Shown here: in pieces, positions 61,676-64,000 of the stretch
Layout: each line of letters begins with the position of its first letter
Position numbering within the stretch: position 1 is the first letter of the stretch
NCBI GenBank assembly: GCA_964624175.1
Contig: CAZUWE010000003.1
Span: forward strand, 33,636-97,635
Direction: 5' to 3'
DNA length: 64,000 nucleotides
From: an uncultured Candidatus Peribacteria bacterium
GTDB lineage: Bacteria > Patescibacteriota > Gracilibacteria > UBA1369 > 2-02-FULL-48-14
The notes under the pieces: model-generated
What the model saw: only the letters and a program-made list of their open reading frames with translations
Database searches by the model: none
Told to the model about the DNA's origin: nothing
Position numbers and translations under genes: made by a program

Positions 61676-62125
61676 ATGATTTGCCCCAAATGCAAATGTA
61701 AAGGCACCTCCGTGGTGGATTCGAGGGAAGCGAATGAAGGTCGCTCGATTCGACGCCGCCGCGAGTGTGAAAAATGCAACTACCGTTTCACGACTTTTGA
61801 AAAAGTGGAGACGGCAAATTTTCTTGTTGTAAAGAAAGACGGCTCGCGTGAAAGCTACGACCGCAGCAAAGTGGAACACGGTGTGTGGCGTGCCTGTGAA
61901 AAACGCCCAGTGACTCAAGAGCAAATCAGCAGCATGATCGACCGCCTGGAAGAAGTGTGGAGCACCAGCGGCAAAGAAGTGGCCGGAGAAACCATTGGCC
62001 GTGATGTGATGCATGCTCTGAAAGTGATCGATGAAGTTTCCTACATCCGTTTCGCCAGTGTGTACCGGCAGTTTAAGGATGTGGAAGAATTCAAACAGGA
62101 GCTAAACCGACTCCTGGGACGCTAG
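61676..62125 (+). CDS. nrdR: Transcriptional repressor NrdR
   Basis: The sequence MICPKCKCKGTSVVDSRE...RRRRECEKCNYRFTTFE gives the zinc ribbon, followed by an ATP-cone. The ATG at 61676 is preferred over 61658. Confidence 0.9.
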   Translation: MICPKCKCKGTSVVDSREANEGRSIRRRRECEKCNYRFTTFEKVETANFLVVKKDGSRESYDRSKVEHGVWRACEKRPVTQEQISSMIDRLEEVWSTSGKEVAGETIGRDVMHALKVIDEVSYIRFASVYRQFKDVEEFKQELNRLLGR

Positions 62126-63457
62126 ACGGTTTTTGCGGGTGCGCATTTTTCTCAGTGCCTTGATTTCGATTTGGCGAATGCGCTCGCGGGTAACGCCAAA
62201 CATTGCCCCTATATCCTCTAAGCTGAGGTCTCCGGGGCCTTCTAGGCCGTAACGAAGTTTGATCACCCTGATTTCCCTTCTATCCAAGTCGGATTTATCT
62301 AAAAACCTCAGCACCAAGTCTCTGTCTTCATCAGCATCCAAATGAGCGGTTGGATCCACCGCCTTGGGGTCTGCCAGCATATCTCCCATGGTGGTTGAGC
62401 TGTCTTCTTTTATGGGAGCTTGTAGACTCACAGGTTCTTTATTCATCTCCATCAACTCTTGAAGTCTAACCTCATCTATTTCTAGTGCTTCAGCAAGTTC
62501 ACCCATGCTCAGTTCACGACCTGTATTTTGGATTGCTTCTTTTTGTAACTGCTTGATCTTGTTAAAAATTTCTAACTTATAGATAGGGATTCGAATGGTG
62601 CGAACATTCTCTTCTATAAAGCGGACAATCGCTTGGCGGATCCACCAGGATGCGTAGGTAGAGAAACGAAACCCACGTGAGTAGTCAAATTTTTCGGCAG
62701 CTTTCATGAGCCCAATGTTTCCTTCTTGCACTACATCTGCCACGGGAATACCTCGGTAAACGTAGCCACGAGCAATGCTGACTACAAGACGTAAGTTTGC
62801 TCTAATGAGTTCATTCTTAGCAAGTTCGGCATCAACTCCACCTTCATCTTTTCTTTTTCCCAGTTCTACTTCGTCTTCACGGGATAAAAGTGGTATTTCT
62901 CCCATTTGCTTAAGGTAAACATTGAAAGGGTCATATTTTCTCCCAGTATCTTCACGGGGAGCTGTGGGTTTAGGTTTAGGCTTACGTCCTTTAGGAGCTG
63001 CGGGTTTTTTTGGTTCAACTGGTTTTTTCACCTCTACAGCCGCTGCTCCATTGACCATGCCCAAAGCTTCCTTCACTTGTCTTTGAACCATGAACATTAA
63101 AGACTCCATGGTGTCTGCATCTATGTCAGGGACTTGAGCCTTCACTCCTCGTAGCACTCGTGTCAGACGGGGTAGATTTGCTGCGTTGATGCTTTTACCG
63201 AGTTGTTCTTCTAAAGTGGCGTGCACGGCGCCTCTCACCTTTTGCCTCCAGTCTACCGCTTCTCCGTTCACGGCCGCTGGCACCGGCAAGGTGTCAATAG
63301 CTGTGCCTTTTAAGATTTCTTTCACACGAATGAATGGTCCTGATGTTGCCACTGTTTGTTGTTTAGTATCTCTTTTTAAAGGATCTTGAGCCTTTTTGCA
63401 AGTAAAGGCTTTACCCAGGTTCGATTTTCTGCTATAATCTTTTGAATACAAAAACAA
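62102..63457 (-). CDS. rpoD: Primary-type sigma-70 factor RpoD
   Basis: Regions 1.2 to 4.2 are recognisable (DPFNVYLKQMGEIPLLSREDE, LRLVVSIARGY, GNIGLMKAAEKFDYSRGFRFSTYASWWIRQAI, GVTRERIRQIE). The ORF-track start at 63457 is a TTG and the true start is uncertain. Confidence 0.9.
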   Translation of the reverse strand: MFLYSKDYSRKSNLGKAFTCKKAQDPLKRDTKQQTVATSGPFIRVKEILKGTAIDTLPVPAAVNGEAVDWRQKVRGAVHATLEEQLGKSINAANLPRLTRVLRGVKAQVPDIDADTMESLMFMVQRQVKEALGMVNGAAAVEVKKPVEPKKPAAPKGRKPKPKPTAPREDTGRKYDPFNVYLKQMGEIPLLSREDEVELGKRKDEGGVDAELAKNELIRANLRLVVSIARGYVYRGIPVADVVQEGNIGLMKAAEKFDYSRGFRFSTYASWWIRQAIVRFIEENVRTIRIPIYKLEIFNKIKQLQKEAIQNTGRELSMGELAEALEIDEVRLQELMEMNKEPVSLQAPIKEDSSTTMGDMLADPKAVDPTAHLDADEDRDLVLRFLDKSDLDRREIRVIKLRYGLEGPGDLSLEDIGAMFGVTRERIRQIEIKALRKMRTRKNRLASQESV

Positions 63458-63463
63458 ATACCC

Positions 63464-64000
63464 ATGTCCCGCAAAGTAACTCTACGCCGCCCTATTCTTA
63501 CTGTTTTCTATGCTTCCTTGACCTTCATGGTCACGCTCCTCGTTGGGGTGCTGAGCAATGAGCACATTCAAGCTTCGCTCTTTAATAAGCCGGTGACAGC
63601 CGTGAGCGGGCTGTATTTTGATCAAGTGACTCGCATCGATCCTGAAGCAAGCGACAGCATCACTTTAGAAGAAAACACGGTGGTGGGTAAGTACGGGGAA
63701 TGGTCTTTCTGCCAATACGACCTGCCAGAAACCCCTGAATACGCAGTGACTTTGAGCAGTGTTGAGGTGGAAGAAGGCATTCAGCCTGGATCTGTGTTCA
63801 GTGTGAGCATGACTTTCACCAATGATGGAAACACTCGTCTCTTTGCAGACGATTCTGATTGTTGGGATCTGCCAGTACTCAACGTTGGAACCCAAAAGAG
63901 CCAAGACCGCGCTAGCGTGTTTGGAAGCAGTGACTCAGCAGTGACGGGATGGGCTGGAGACAATCGCGTGATGATGAGTGAAGACTACGTGGAACCCGGA
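63464..64000 (+). CDS. Hypothetical membrane-anchored protein, 3' end outside the window
   Basis: This ORF is absent from the ORF track because it has no stop inside the window. The ATG at 63464 reads MSRKVTLRRPILTVFYASLTFMVTLLVGVL... and the frame stays open for all 179 codons to 64000. A TATAAT lies at 63433-63438. Confidence 0.5.
   Translation, partial: MSRKVTLRRPILTVFYASLTFMVTLLVGVLSNEHIQASLFNKPVTAVSGLYFDQVTRIDPEASDSITLEENTVVGKYGEWSFCQYDLPETPEYAVTLSSVEVEEGIQPGSVFSVSMTFTNDGNTRLFADDSDCWDLPVLNVGTQKSQDRASVFGSSDSAVTGWAGDNRVMMSEDYVEPG

Overview
This is a dense chromosomal window from an uncultivated-looking bacterium. It has mid GC, a Gram-positive-type envelope with SLH-anchored surface proteins, and almost no Shine-Dalgarno motifs. 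The lineage cannot be assigned from sequence alone, and a CPR/Peregrinibacteria-like affiliation is only a guess. Housekeeping genes recognised by motif are murG (partial), ftsW, lspA, aroE, pgeF/yfiH, metK, dnaJ, gdhA, ppdK, nadK, a purM-like gene, purQ fused to tandem PurS-like repeats, purL, dprA, a PilB/GspE ATPase, nusA, recX, recA, ftsE, xerC/D, dgt, prsW, nrdR, rpoD, tRNA-Glu(CUC) and tRNA-Lys(UUU). The unusual content is as follows. (1) Two adjacent very large proteins (about 799 and 1564 aa) lie upstream of ftsW-murG, and their facing termini are both His-rich. (2) A surface-protein cluster holds two paralogous C-terminal-SLH proteins, a TPR lipoprotein and a 1559-aa N-terminal-SLH protein. 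(3) Two repeat-laden intergenic regions (26.66-27.34 kb and 29.35-29.68 kb) bracket dnaJ / tRNA-Lys / cvpA-like. They share an 18-bp perfect palindrome, a CTATACA box family and a helically phased GACTAGTC array beside an excisionase-type HTH gene. The first region also has an AT-rich core with DnaA-box-like 9-mers. (4) A partial tRNA-Lys 3'-half duplicate lies just downstream of the intact gene. (5) An AT-rich, translationally coupled four-gene cassette encodes an HNH-like protein, a 2-TM protein, a CPBP/Abi protease and a membrane protein. (6) A Thr-codon-run mini-ORF has attenuator-like alternative hairpins. (7) The recA promoter has an 18-bp palindromic operator filling its spacer, and a related dyad lies upstream of an HNH gene. 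All functional calls are motif-level readings made without database searches.
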